Below, piece by piece: positions 1-8,766 of a stretch of 64,000 nucleotides of DNA (positions are counted from its first letter, which is position 1; each line of letters begins with the position of its first letter). The notes under the pieces were generated by a model that was not told the DNA's origin, made no database searches, and worked only from the letters and a program-made list of their open reading frames with translations. The stretch comes from Agathobacter rectalis (GTDB lineage Bacteria > Actinomycetota > Coriobacteriia > Coriobacteriales > QAMH01). The translations under genes were made by a program, and so were the position numbers. Location: the NCBI GenBank assembly GCA_963590525.1, contig CAVAPV010000001.1, positions 45,680 to 109,679 of the forward strand. Reading direction: 5' to 3'.

Positions 1-495
1 CCCATCGCGGGCTTGGGCGTGGACATCGTAGAGATCGCGCGCATGGAAGAGATCCTCAAGCGCACGCCGAGTTTTAGGGAGCGTGTCTTTACGGCTTTAG
101 AGCGTGATTATTGCGATGCCAAGCATAATCCGGCCATCCATTACGCCACGCATTTTGCCGCCAAGGAGGCTGTTCTCAAAGCGTTGGGAACAGGCTTTGC
201 CGACGGCATCGGCTTTACCGATGTCGAGGTCTCCCATGACCTCAAGGGCAAGCCTCTTGCCATCTTGCATGGGCGCGCAAAAGAGATTGCAGACGAGCAT
301 GGCATCATAGACATCCCCATATCGCTGAGCCGTACGCACAACACGGCAGTGGCCAACGCCATTGCCACAAGCGAGGCAACAAAGCCTGTCGTAGCTCAAG
401 AGCGTGTGAGTCCCAAGCAGCAGATCGCCAGCGCGTTCAAGGAGCTGCGGGGTATGCTCGACGATATGGATGATGACGAGCCTGCTCGTCAATAG
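1..495 (+). CDS. acpS: holo-[acyl-carrier-protein] synthase (4'-phosphopantetheinyl transferase); the 5' end probably lies just outside the window
   Basis: ORF-track ORF 13..495. The same frame is open back to nt 1 and reads PIAGLGVDIVEI, so the conserved N-terminal GxGxDxxEI block of AcpS begins before the TTG at 13. The FAAKEAVLKALG block is also present. Confidence 0.85.
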   Translation, partial: PIAGLGVDIVEIARMEEILKRTPSFRERVFTALERDYCDAKHNPAIHYATHFAAKEAVLKALGTGFADGIGFTDVEVSHDLKGKPLAILHGRAKEIADEHGIIDIPISLSRTHNTAVANAIATSEATKPVVAQERVSPKQQIASAFKELRGMLDDMDDDEPARQ

Positions 496-525
496 CATGC
501 TGTTTGATTGACAAAGGAGAGGCTG

Positions 526-1491
526 ATGACTGTGGCCAGCATGCATGCAAGCGAGTTTGGAGCCGGTGATGCGGCGCGCTTGATAAGCGCTCCCGCTGCC
601 GATGCCAACAAGTACACGCGCGGCAAGCTCGTTATCGTTGGCGGCAGCGCGCAATATCCGGCAGCCCCTGTGATGAGCGCACTTGCTGCTGGCAGGACAG
701 GTGCCGGCTACACGGCGCTGTGCGTGCCCCAAAGCGCGGCAGGCGTTGCTCATGCTCACTTGCTGAGTACGACAGTTGAGGCCATGGCCGAGCAAGACGG
801 CGCCTTGTGCGAGAGATGCGTGGTAGCACTTGAGCACTCGCTTGCCAAAGCGCGCGCTTTTGCCGTGGGGACGGGTATGGGGCGTACCACGGCGACAGAG
901 GCGTTCTTGCGGGCTTTTTTGACCTCGCCTGTGGCTTGCAGGATCCCCGGCGTTGTAGATGCCGATGCCCTTGCGCTTCTGGCTGGCTGGCAAGAGGGCC
1001 TTGCCGCGTTGCGTGGTGAAGACGCAGAGGCGTTGGTGCTTACGCCACATGCGGGCGAGGCTGCTCGCTTGCTGGGAGAGGGTCGTCGGGTGCAAGATCT
1101 TGTTGCCGATGCGCTCGAGCTTGCGTCACGCTACAAGAGCGTTGTCTGCCTCAAAGGCCCCGATACGGTAATCGCCAGCCCTGATGGCCAGGTTCGCGTT
1201 GTGATAGCAGGTGGCCCGGAGCTTGCCAAAGCTGGGACAGGAGATGTCTTGGCAGGAATCATAGGCGCGTTGCTCGCTCAAGGCGCAAGCGCGTTTGATG
1301 CAGCATGCTTGGGTGTCTACTTGCATGCCAAGGCAGGAGCCATCGCCGCAGCAGACCTTGGGGTTTGCTCTATGCTACCAGAGGACTTGCCGCACTACAT
1401 CGCCAAGGCTATCCGCAGCTTGGAGCCGCGCAGCAACAAGCTGGCGCAGGCTCAGGCTAATGCAGAGCGCAGGGCGGTTTCTGGGTTGTAG
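526..1491 (+). CDS. nnrD: ADP-dependent NAD(P)H-hydrate dehydratase (YjeF C-terminal / carbohydrate-kinase-like domain only)
   Basis: ORF 508..1491. KYTRGKLVIVGGS, GPDTVIA and GTGDVLAGIIGALLAQG motifs. The ATG at 526 is preceded by AAGGAGAGG. Confidence 0.8.
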   Translation: MTVASMHASEFGAGDAARLISAPAADANKYTRGKLVIVGGSAQYPAAPVMSALAAGRTGAGYTALCVPQSAAGVAHAHLLSTTVEAMAEQDGALCERCVVALEHSLAKARAFAVGTGMGRTTATEAFLRAFLTSPVACRIPGVVDADALALLAGWQEGLAALRGEDAEALVLTPHAGEAARLLGEGRRVQDLVADALELASRYKSVVCLKGPDTVIASPDGQVRVVIAGGPELAKAGTGDVLAGIIGALLAQGASAFDAACLGVYLHAKAGAIAAADLGVCSMLPEDLPHYIAKAIRSLEPRSNKLAQAQANAERRAVSGL

Positions 1492-1665
1492 CGTGCAGGT
1501 TGGCTGTGGCATCGCCGCCTTCCCAATAAGGAACTCACCTTTAGCCTTGCAGGTTATACCCCTGGGCTTTGCTGCATTTCTTGCGGCTCTTTGGCGTGTA
1601 GACCTGCGGTTTTTGGTCTACCATGGTCTGAAGTCTTACACCGCATGCTGCTCAAAGGGGGTTAT

Positions 1666-2988
1666 ATGTCGGATTTTGTGAACTATTTTGGATCAACGCC
1701 GCATGTGGCCTCTAAAAAAGAAGAGGATGCAGCCGCTCCCGTCGCAGAACCCTTTGACAGCGCAGATGGTCAGCTGAGCTTTGGCGAGCAGGTCGATAGG
1801 GCTGCGCATACGCCCTCGGTGGGACTCAGATCTGACTACACTCCCCAAACGCTTTTGCGTGATGCCTGGGTAGAGGTCGACCTATCTGCTATCGCCTACA
1901 ACATCAAGACGGTGATGCGCGCTGTTGGGTCGCGTCGCCTGCTTTGCGCGGATGTGAGTGCAGATGCTTACGGGCACGGCGCTGTTCGCGTTGCCAAAGC
2001 GGCGCTTGAGGCTGGCGCAGATCGCCTGGCCGTTGCCACTCCAGAAGAGGGTGTGCTTTTGCGCCAAGCGGGCATCAGCGCCCCGATTCTTATCAAGACC
2101 CAACCCTGCGCAAACGCCATCGAGCTGCTGGTTGCCTACAATCTCACGCCGGCGGTTTTTGATGCCAAGTTCGCGCTCGACTATGCCGAGTATGCAGACC
2201 TCCAGGGCAAAAGCGCTCCGTTTCATCTCGAGGTCAACTCTGGGATGAACTGCAACGGCGTCTTTTATCTGGACGCAGCCGATTTTATCCGCAGCGTGAG
2301 TTTTCATCGCGCGCTCAAGTACGAGGGCACCTTTACCGTCTTTGGCATCTGCGACAACCGCGACCAGCTCGATTTTAACGAGCAGTGCCGTCGCTTTGAA
2401 GAAGCCTTAAGCCAGATTCGCACGGCGGGGTTCGATCCTGGCATCGTGCATGCGGCAGACAGCTACACGATCTTCAAGTATCCGCAGCTGCACTACAGCA
2501 TGGTGCGCATGGGCAGCTGCATGTACGGCATCGACGCAGACCTCTATGCCACCTCTATTAACGTGCTCAAACCGGTCATGAGCGTCAAAGCGCGTGTATC
2601 CCAGGTAACAGAGCCCCAGGTGGGAGAGGGTGTGGGCCGCGGTTACAACTACCGCGTGGGCATGCCGGTGCAGATCGCCACGGTGCCCATCGGCTATGCA
2701 GACGGCATCTCGCCTGCGCTTGCCCGCAGTGGCTTTAGGGTGCTGTGGCATGGCATGGCCATAAACCAGGTGGGCGATATCGGGATGAACCAGATGATGG
2801 TCGAGATTCCGCTCAAGTACTCGGTTACCGGCGTCAAGGGCTCGGCTTTGCCAGGCGACGAGATCGTCATCATCGGCGAGCAAGGCGACCTCATGATCGC
2901 CTGCGAGACGATGGCCGAGTCTTTGCAGGCTCTGTGCCCGCAGATCACCGTTCTCTTTGGCCAGCGCCTGCCCAAGGTGTACCTGTGA
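1666..2988 (+). CDS. alr: alanine racemase-fold protein at the canonical alr locus, with an atypical active site (see findings)
   Basis: ORF 1591..2988. Colinear with Alr: DAWVEVDL...AYGHG...PILI...HLEV.SGM...MVRMG..MYG...VPIGYADG. The ATG at 1666 follows AAAGGGGG. The PLP-Lys position reads Ser (AGT, 1957..1959). Confidence 0.8.
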   Translation: MSDFVNYFGSTPHVASKKEEDAAAPVAEPFDSADGQLSFGEQVDRAAHTPSVGLRSDYTPQTLLRDAWVEVDLSAIAYNIKTVMRAVGSRRLLCADVSADAYGHGAVRVAKAALEAGADRLAVATPEEGVLLRQAGISAPILIKTQPCANAIELLVAYNLTPAVFDAKFALDYAEYADLQGKSAPFHLEVNSGMNCNGVFYLDAADFIRSVSFHRALKYEGTFTVFGICDNRDQLDFNEQCRRFEEALSQIRTAGFDPGIVHAADSYTIFKYPQLHYSMVRMGSCMYGIDADLYATSINVLKPVMSVKARVSQVTEPQVGEGVGRGYNYRVGMPVQIATVPIGYADGISPALARSGFRVLWHGMAINQVGDIGMNQMMVEIPLKYSVTGVKGSALPGDEIVIIGEQGDLMIACETMAESLQALCPQITVLFGQRLPKVYL

Positions 2989-3584
2989 CGGCGCCTGATA
3001 GCGCTCGCAATGCTCAATGCGCTTTGGAGCAGCTTGCGGAGCAATGCGCAAGCTGCGTTGCGTGCGAGCTTGCCGCTACACGCACCAACGTCGTTTTTGG
3101 CGTAGGCGATGCATCTGCCCGCGTGATGATCATAGGCGAGGCGCCCGGCAAAAACGAGGACCTCACAGGCGAACCCTTTGTGGGGGCAGCGGGCAAGAGG
3201 CTCGACGCTATGCTTGAGCGTGCGGGCATCAGGCGCAGCGACGTCTACATCGCTAACATCTGCAAATGCCGCCCTCCCAAAAACCGCAACCCCAAGCAGG
3301 CAGAGATCGCTGCCTGTACGCCGTGGCTCAAAGAGCAGCTTGAGCTGGTACATCCAGAATGCATCATCACCTTGGGCAACTTTGCCACGCGTTATATCCT
3401 GCAGACAAACGAGGGCATCACCGGTCTGCGCGGCCGTGTGCACAGCGTAGACGGCTTTAACGTTCTGCCCATGTTTCATCCGGCCGCCTGCATCTACGAC
3501 CGCAGCAAGGTTGCGGCGCTCGAGGCGGATTTTGACTTGCTAGGCTCTTTACTGGGCAGCCGTCCTGCCAAGGAGGAAAGATGA
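2985..3584 (+). CDS. uracil-DNA glycosylase, family 4 type
   Basis: ORF 2745..3584. The upstream part overlaps alr, and the GTG at 2985 overlaps the alr TGA (GTGA). CASCVAC, GEAPGKNED, PFVGAAGKRLD and KCRPP motifs. Confidence 0.8.
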   Translation: MTAPDSARNAQCALEQLAEQCASCVACELAATRTNVVFGVGDASARVMIIGEAPGKNEDLTGEPFVGAAGKRLDAMLERAGIRRSDVYIANICKCRPPKNRNPKQAEIAACTPWLKEQLELVHPECIITLGNFATRYILQTNEGITGLRGRVHSVDGFNVLPMFHPAACIYDRSKVAALEADFDLLGSLLGSRPAKEER

Positions 3585-3994
3585 AGGAGTATCTCTCCCA
3601 TAGCGTAGAAGAGACGATGAGTGTTGGTGAACAGCTTGCCGCAGACGCAAAGCCCGATGACTGCATCGTGCTCACAGGCGATCTTGGTGCTGGCAAAACG
3701 CACTTTACCAAGGGCTTTGCCGCGGCTTTGGGCGTCAAAGAGGATGTGACGAGCCCCACGTTTGCCATCGTAGAGGAATACGAGGGCACTAAGCTGCGTT
3801 TGCTTCATTGGGATCTCTACCGCTTGGAAGAAGACTGGGAGCTCGAAGACGTCGATTGGTACGGCCTTACAGAAAGCGGCGCGGTGAGCTTGGTCGAATG
3901 GGGCGATAAGTTTCCGGATGCTTTGCCAGACGATTATCTGCACGTGGATATTCGCGTGGCTGACGATGGCACGCGCATCATCAACGTTGGGTAA
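3581..3994 (+). CDS. tsaE: tRNA t6A37 threonylcarbamoyl-transfer complex ATPase subunit TsaE
   Basis: ATGA overlap with the UDG stop. GDLGAGKTHFTKG P-loop, SPTFAIVEEY and DLYRL motifs. Confidence 0.9.
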   Translation: MKEYLSHSVEETMSVGEQLAADAKPDDCIVLTGDLGAGKTHFTKGFAAALGVKEDVTSPTFAIVEEYEGTKLRLLHWDLYRLEEDWELEDVDWYGLTESGAVSLVEWGDKFPDALPDDYLHVDIRVADDGTRIINVG

Positions 3995-4158
3995 AAGGAG
4001 CCGTGTTTGGGTGGCTTGCCTTCCTGCTGCAAAGCGGTTGGGGAGACATGCAAGCAAGAGGTGGCCAACCGGTTCACATCATCGCCACCGCCCTGTTGCC
4101 AAGCTGTGTAAACCTGTTCAGGCTTTTTTAAGACCTTGCCGTTAAACTTGGTTGCATT

Positions 4159-4935
4159 ATGGCAGAGACTAATCCTTACAAAGTACTTGGCTTGTCCGAT
4201 GGCGCCTCTAAAGAAGAGGTGACTAAGGCTTACCGCAAGCTGGCCAAGAAGTACCATCCAGACCTCAACCCCGGCGACGAAGAAGCCGCTAAGAAGATGG
4301 CCGAGGTCAACGCTGCGTACGATTCCATCACCAACGGCACGCCGTACGGTCCTAAGGCCCGTCAGCAGGCGCACAACCCCTACGCCTCTGCCGGCAACCC
4401 CTACGCCGGGCAGTCCGGTGCCGGCGGCTACGGCGGTCGCGCCACCTACACCTACGACCCCAGGACGGGGCGCTACACGCGCGTGGACGGTAACGGCAGC
4501 AGCGGGGAGTACTATGATCCGTTTGAGGAACTCTTCCGCAGCTGGTATGGCAACCAGCAGGGCAGTTCCTCGTCTAGCAGCAGCGGGCAATCCTCGTCTG
4601 GTTACTATCAACAGCAACAACAGCAGCGTCAGCAGCAACAGCAGACCAGGCGCACGACGACGTCTTTCTTTGGCGGAGGCTGCCTGACGTGGATCGTTGG
4701 GCTTATCATCCTCAACATAGTTCTCAACCTGTTCTTGGGCAGCTGCTCCAACTTGTTCTACGGAGCTCATCGCGTGTACAGCACCACACCGCAAAGCCAG
4801 TATAGCCAGGTCTACAGCAACAATGACAGCGGCTCTGACAGCAGTTCCAGCCAAAGCAGCGGTTCTGGAAGCTACGGAACCTACAGCGGCTACGGCAGCA
4901 GCAGCTCCTCTTCCACAGTGACTTCGACGCTTTAG
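4159..4935 (+). CDS. membrane-anchored J-domain (DnaJ-like) protein with low-complexity Q/S-rich regions
   Basis: N-terminal J domain (NPYKVLGL...[29 protein letters not shown] present), a poly-Q tract, one hydrophobic helix ([20 protein letters not shown]) and a Ser-rich tail. Confidence 0.8.
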   Translation: MAETNPYKVLGLSDGASKEEVTKAYRKLAKKYHPDLNPGDEEAAKKMAEVNAAYDSITNGTPYGPKARQQAHNPYASAGNPYAGQSGAGGYGGRATYTYDPRTGRYTRVDGNGSSGEYYDPFEELFRSWYGNQQGSSSSSSSGQSSSGYYQQQQQQRQQQQQTRRTTTSFFGGGCLTWIVGLIILNIVLNLFLGSCSNLFYGAHRVYSTTPQSQYSQVYSNNDSGSDSSSSQSSGSGSYGTYSGYGSSSSSSTVTSTL

Positions 4936-5018
4936 GAGCTTCTTGCGCTGCACGCTGCGCCTTTATGCGCAGTGAAGTAAAATGCCAAGCGATTGTGCAG
5001 TGCTTTACCGGAGGCGAG

Positions 5019-6341
5019 ATGTCCACAGCTAAAGACAAGCAAAGAGCAAACGACCGCAGGATGGGCCTTACTTTTGTGGCTGTCCTCGTGGTTGCGGTGA
5101 TCATATTTGGCGGTGGGGCCTACTTGTTTACCCGGGCCTTTACCGGCCATGTCAAAACCGCTGCAGACTACGAGACCATGGAGCTCGAGGCTGCCAGCTA
5201 TTCTAGCAGCGTGCAGGCCAGCGGCTCGTTTGAGTCTGGCAACACGACTACCGTCAGAAGCGAGGTCGACGGCAGCGTGGCTAACGTGGCAGTCAAAGAC
5301 GGAGACGTGGTCAAGAAGGGCGATACGCTCTTTACGATAGAGAACGAGGACATAACCGCCGATTTCTCCACGACGCTTGATGCCTACGTCAAAGCTCAAG
5401 ACGATGAAAACGCCGCCATCAAGCAGGTGACAAGCGGCAAGGCAAAGCTCAAGCAGGCGCAAAAGACGCTGACCAAGGCCCAGACGGCGCTTGACAAGGC
5501 GCGCACCGATGCAGAGCAATCGGACGAGGAAGATGCGGCAAGCTTTAACGAGAAGCCCTATCAGGCTGCTGTCGAGGCAGCCCAATCCAACGTCGATTCT
5601 GCCCAAGAGACGCTTGACGTGCTGCAGGAAAACAAGACAAAGGCCGTTCAGGCAACCGAGGCGGCCAAAGTCGCTTATAAGAAGGCCGCAAAGAAGGTTT
5701 CCAAGCTTACCGTCAAAGCCTCTGTGGGCGGAACGATCGCATCGCTTGCCATCGAGAAAGGCTCTGCGGTGACTGCAGCTTCAGAGGCAGCGGCGATGAA
5801 GATCGTCGATACAGGCGACATCGTCGTCGTGGTCGAGGTCCCCGAAAGCCAGATCGCCAATATCGCCAAGGGGCAAAGCGCGACGGTGTCTTGTCCTTCG
5901 CTTGATAACGTCTCTTGCAAGGCAACGGTGACGCGCGTGGCGGATACGCCGGTCGAAAGCGACCAAAACGCGTCTTTGTCCAGCCAGCAGGTTTCTTCGT
6001 CTGATGGCACTCAAGACGCTGACAACACCGAGCAACTTGCAGCAGAGGGCGCCAAATACCAAGTCACTTTGAAGCTCAAGAAGCATGACGACGCGATCAA
6101 GATCGGGATGAGCGCGGATGCCGATATCACCGTGCAGGACTTTGGCACGGTGTTCTATGTGCCTTCTACCTGCGTAGCTACGGGTAATTCCGGCTCTTAT
6201 GTCGAGGCTGTTGTCGATAAGAGCACCGTCAAGCAATGCGGGATCACCCAGCTTGGCACTGCAGACGATGGCAAGCTCATCATCCAGGGTGCGTCGCTTG
6301 CAGACGGCACCGTTATCAGGACGGATCTTTCAAACAGCTAG
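5019..6341 (+). CDS. HlyD/MacA-type membrane-fusion (periplasmic adaptor) protein
   Basis: ORF 4965..6341; the ATG at 5019 follows GGAGGCGAG. N-terminal TM helix, lipoyl-like hairpin (GSVANVAVKDGDVVKKGDTLFTIEN), a long coiled coil and a beta-barrel block (VKASVGGTIASLAIEKGSAV). No cognate pump gene is adjacent. Confidence 0.75.
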   Translation: MSTAKDKQRANDRRMGLTFVAVLVVAVIIFGGGAYLFTRAFTGHVKTAADYETMELEAASYSSSVQASGSFESGNTTTVRSEVDGSVANVAVKDGDVVKKGDTLFTIENEDITADFSTTLDAYVKAQDDENAAIKQVTSGKAKLKQAQKTLTKAQTALDKARTDAEQSDEEDAASFNEKPYQAAVEAAQSNVDSAQETLDVLQENKTKAVQATEAAKVAYKKAAKKVSKLTVKASVGGTIASLAIEKGSAVTAASEAAAMKIVDTGDIVVVVEVPESQIANIAKGQSATVSCPSLDNVSCKATVTRVADTPVESDQNASLSSQQVSSSDGTQDADNTEQLAAEGAKYQVTLKLKKHDDAIKIGMSADADITVQDFGTVFYVPSTCVATGNSGSYVEAVVDKSTVKQCGITQLGTADDGKLIIQGASLADGTVIRTDLSNS

Positions 6342-6430
6342 CACGTCTTTGCGGACAAGCGCTCTGCGCGTGATTCTACAAAATCCCGCTCTTATACAAG
6401 CGGGTTGGTTTTCTATCAACGAGGTGTGTT

Positions 6431-8761
6431 TTGGGTTCTCAGGCTTTGATTGCGTTGGCATTTGATACGGCAAGCGAGATGCTTGCTTTGTGCGTGGGCG
6501 ATGTGTCCGGTGCGCATCCGCACGTTATAGAGGCCCATGACGCTGCGGCCCCACGTAAATCCGATCAAGTCCTGCTTTCCCGTGCGGGCGACATGCTCGC
6601 CAAGGCGGGGCTTGCTGCTGGCGATATCGACATGGTCGTCGTTGGCAGGGGCCCGGGCTCTTTTACGGGTGTGCGCATCGGCATCGCAACAGCTAAAGGC
6701 GTGGCCTGCGGTTTGGGCTGCCCGGTCTACGGTGTCTCTACGCTTGATGCTGTAGCGTGGCATGCATGGCGCGGCGGCGTGCGCGGGCGCGTGGGCGTGG
6801 TAGAAGACGCCATGCGCAAGGAGGTCTACCCCGTGCGCTACGATCTGAGTGACAGTGGAGTAGAGCGCTTGGATTTGGACAGTGTCGCCAAGCCTGCCGA
6901 TGTTGCAGCCAAGTGGGCTGAGGCAGGCGAGCCACTTACGCTTTTGGGTGACGGCCTGCACAAGCATGCGCAGCTCTTTGACAACGAGCTCTTTACCCTG
7001 GCGCCCCAGGAGCTTTGGACCCCGGATGGAGAAGGCTTGCTGCAGGCATATGCTGCCTTGCGTGATCAAGAAAGGCTGGGTAGCGGGGACCCTGCCCTTT
7101 TGCTGCCCGTGTACACGCGCCTGTCTGATGCAGAGGAGGCGGAGCGCGCCCGCCTGTGCATAGCAGACAACATGCCTGCAAGCGGTGTTGCCGACGGCCG
7201 CGCCGTTGGAGGGCTGTTCTTGCATCCGATGTCTGTCAACGATGCCGATGCGGTGGCGCAGCTGCAGGAGCGCGCCATGCCCAAGGACGCATGGACAAGC
7301 GGCAAGCTTGCAGACGAGATAGGCCGCACCGATCGCAGCTGGTGGGTGGCGCGCAAGAACGGAGCGCTCGTGGGATGTGCGGGCGGCCAGGTCGTCGATG
7401 GTGAGCTGTGCATCTTCAACGTGTGCGTTGATCCCGACGAGCGTCGTCAGGGCATCGCGCAACGTTTGCTCGAGCGCGTCACGACCGACGCCCGTGCCCT
7501 TGCCGCAGATACCGTCACCTTGGAGGTGCGCTGCGACAACAAGGCCGCTTTAGCGCTCTACCATGCCATCGGGCTTGAGGATGTGGGCGTGAGGCCGCAC
7601 TACTACCATGACCGCGCCGATGCGATGATTATGCGCGGCACGCTTCCCTTGCATTACAACTATGGCGCGGCGGATGCCATCAGCAACCCCATGCGCACAG
7701 GAGACGGCCCCCGTGCAGCAGCAGATGCCTGCCGCAAAGCTCAAAAGCCGCTGATTCTCGCCATAGAGAGCTCTTGCGACGAGACAGCCGCTGCGGTGGT
7801 CGACGGGCAGCGCAATATCTTGGCCGATCAAGTGGCAAGCCAGATCGACTTCCATAGTCGCTTTGGCGGCGTCGTGCCAGAGATCGCAAGTCGCAAGCAC
7901 ACCGAGGCTATCGTGCCCACAGTGATGGATGCCATGGAGCAAGCAGGTGCCTCTTGGAGCGATCTGTCTGCTATCGCGGTAACCCAAGGTCCCGGCTTGG
8001 TGGGTGCCCTGGTAGTGGGCTTGGCCTTTGCCAAGGGCCTTGCCTTTGCCACGGGGTTGCCGCTCATCGGCGTCAATCACTTGGAGGGGCACCTCTACGC
8101 AAACCGCTATGTGGCGCCCGATATCCAGACGCCGTTTGTGGCCCTGTTGGTAAGCGGCGGTCACACCATGCTCGTGCATGTTAAGGATTGGGGCGACTAC
8201 GAGGTCATCGGCTCGACAAAAGACGATGCGGTGGGCGAGGCCTTTGACAAGGTTGCCAAGGCCTTGGGCCTGGGTTATCCCGGCGGGCCCATCATTAGCC
8301 GCTATGCCGCAAGCGGCAACCCCAAGGCGATCGAGTTCCCGCGTGCGATGATGCACAGCGGCAATCTCCAGTTCTCGCTTTCTGGCCTCAAGACGGCTGT
8401 GGTCACCTACATCAACAAGAAAAACGCTGCGGGCGAGGCTGTTGACATTCCCGACCTCGCTGCAAGTTTTCAGGCGGCGGTGGTTGATGTGCAGACGCAT
8501 AAGGCCTTCAAGGCTTGCCGGCAAACAGGCGCTAAGACGCTGTGCATCGGCGGCGGCGTGGCAAGCAACCCGGCTTTGCGCGCGGCGCTGTCCGACTATC
8601 TTGGTCGCCGCGGTATCCGCGTTATCATGCCGGACGCGCATGCCTGCACAGACAACGCCACGATGATCGCAAGCTGCGCTGTGGATCTCTGCAACGAGGG
8701 ACTCTTTGCCGATCTCACAGCCGATGTCATCGCCCACATGCCCCTGCGCACCAAGGACTAG
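6431..8761 (+). CDS. tsaD: TsaB - RimI (GNAT acetyltransferase) - TsaD triple-fusion protein
   Basis: Single uninterrupted 776-aa frame. N-terminal YeaZ/TsaB (ALAFDTAS...GRGPGSFTGVRIGIATAKG), central GNAT (QGIAQRLLERV...TLEVRCDNKAALALYHAIGL), C-terminal Kae1/TsaD (ILAIESSCDETAAAVV...GVNHLEGHL...LLVSGGHT...GGVASN). Confidence 0.85.
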   Translation: MGSQALIALAFDTASEMLALCVGDVSGAHPHVIEAHDAAAPRKSDQVLLSRAGDMLAKAGLAAGDIDMVVVGRGPGSFTGVRIGIATAKGVACGLGCPVYGVSTLDAVAWHAWRGGVRGRVGVVEDAMRKEVYPVRYDLSDSGVERLDLDSVAKPADVAAKWAEAGEPLTLLGDGLHKHAQLFDNELFTLAPQELWTPDGEGLLQAYAALRDQERLGSGDPALLLPVYTRLSDAEEAERARLCIADNMPASGVADGRAVGGLFLHPMSVNDADAVAQLQERAMPKDAWTSGKLADEIGRTDRSWWVARKNGALVGCAGGQVVDGELCIFNVCVDPDERRQGIAQRLLERVTTDARALAADTVTLEVRCDNKAALALYHAIGLEDVGVRPHYYHDRADAMIMRGTLPLHYNYGAADAISNPMRTGDGPRAAADACRKAQKPLILAIESSCDETAAAVVDGQRNILADQVASQIDFHSRFGGVVPEIASRKHTEAIVPTVMDAMEQAGASWSDLSAIAVTQGPGLVGALVVGLAFAKGLAFATGLPLIGVNHLEGHLYANRYVAPDIQTPFVALLVSGGHTMLVHVKDWGDYEVIGSTKDDAVGEAFDKVAKALGLGYPGGPIISRYAASGNPKAIEFPRAMMHSGNLQFSLSGLKTAVVTYINKKNAAGEAVDIPDLAASFQAAVVDVQTHKAFKACRQTGAKTLCIGGGVASNPALRAALSDYLGRRGIRVIMPDAHACTDNATMIASCAVDLCNEGLFADLTADVIAHMPLRTKD

Positions 8762-8766
8762 CGTCT

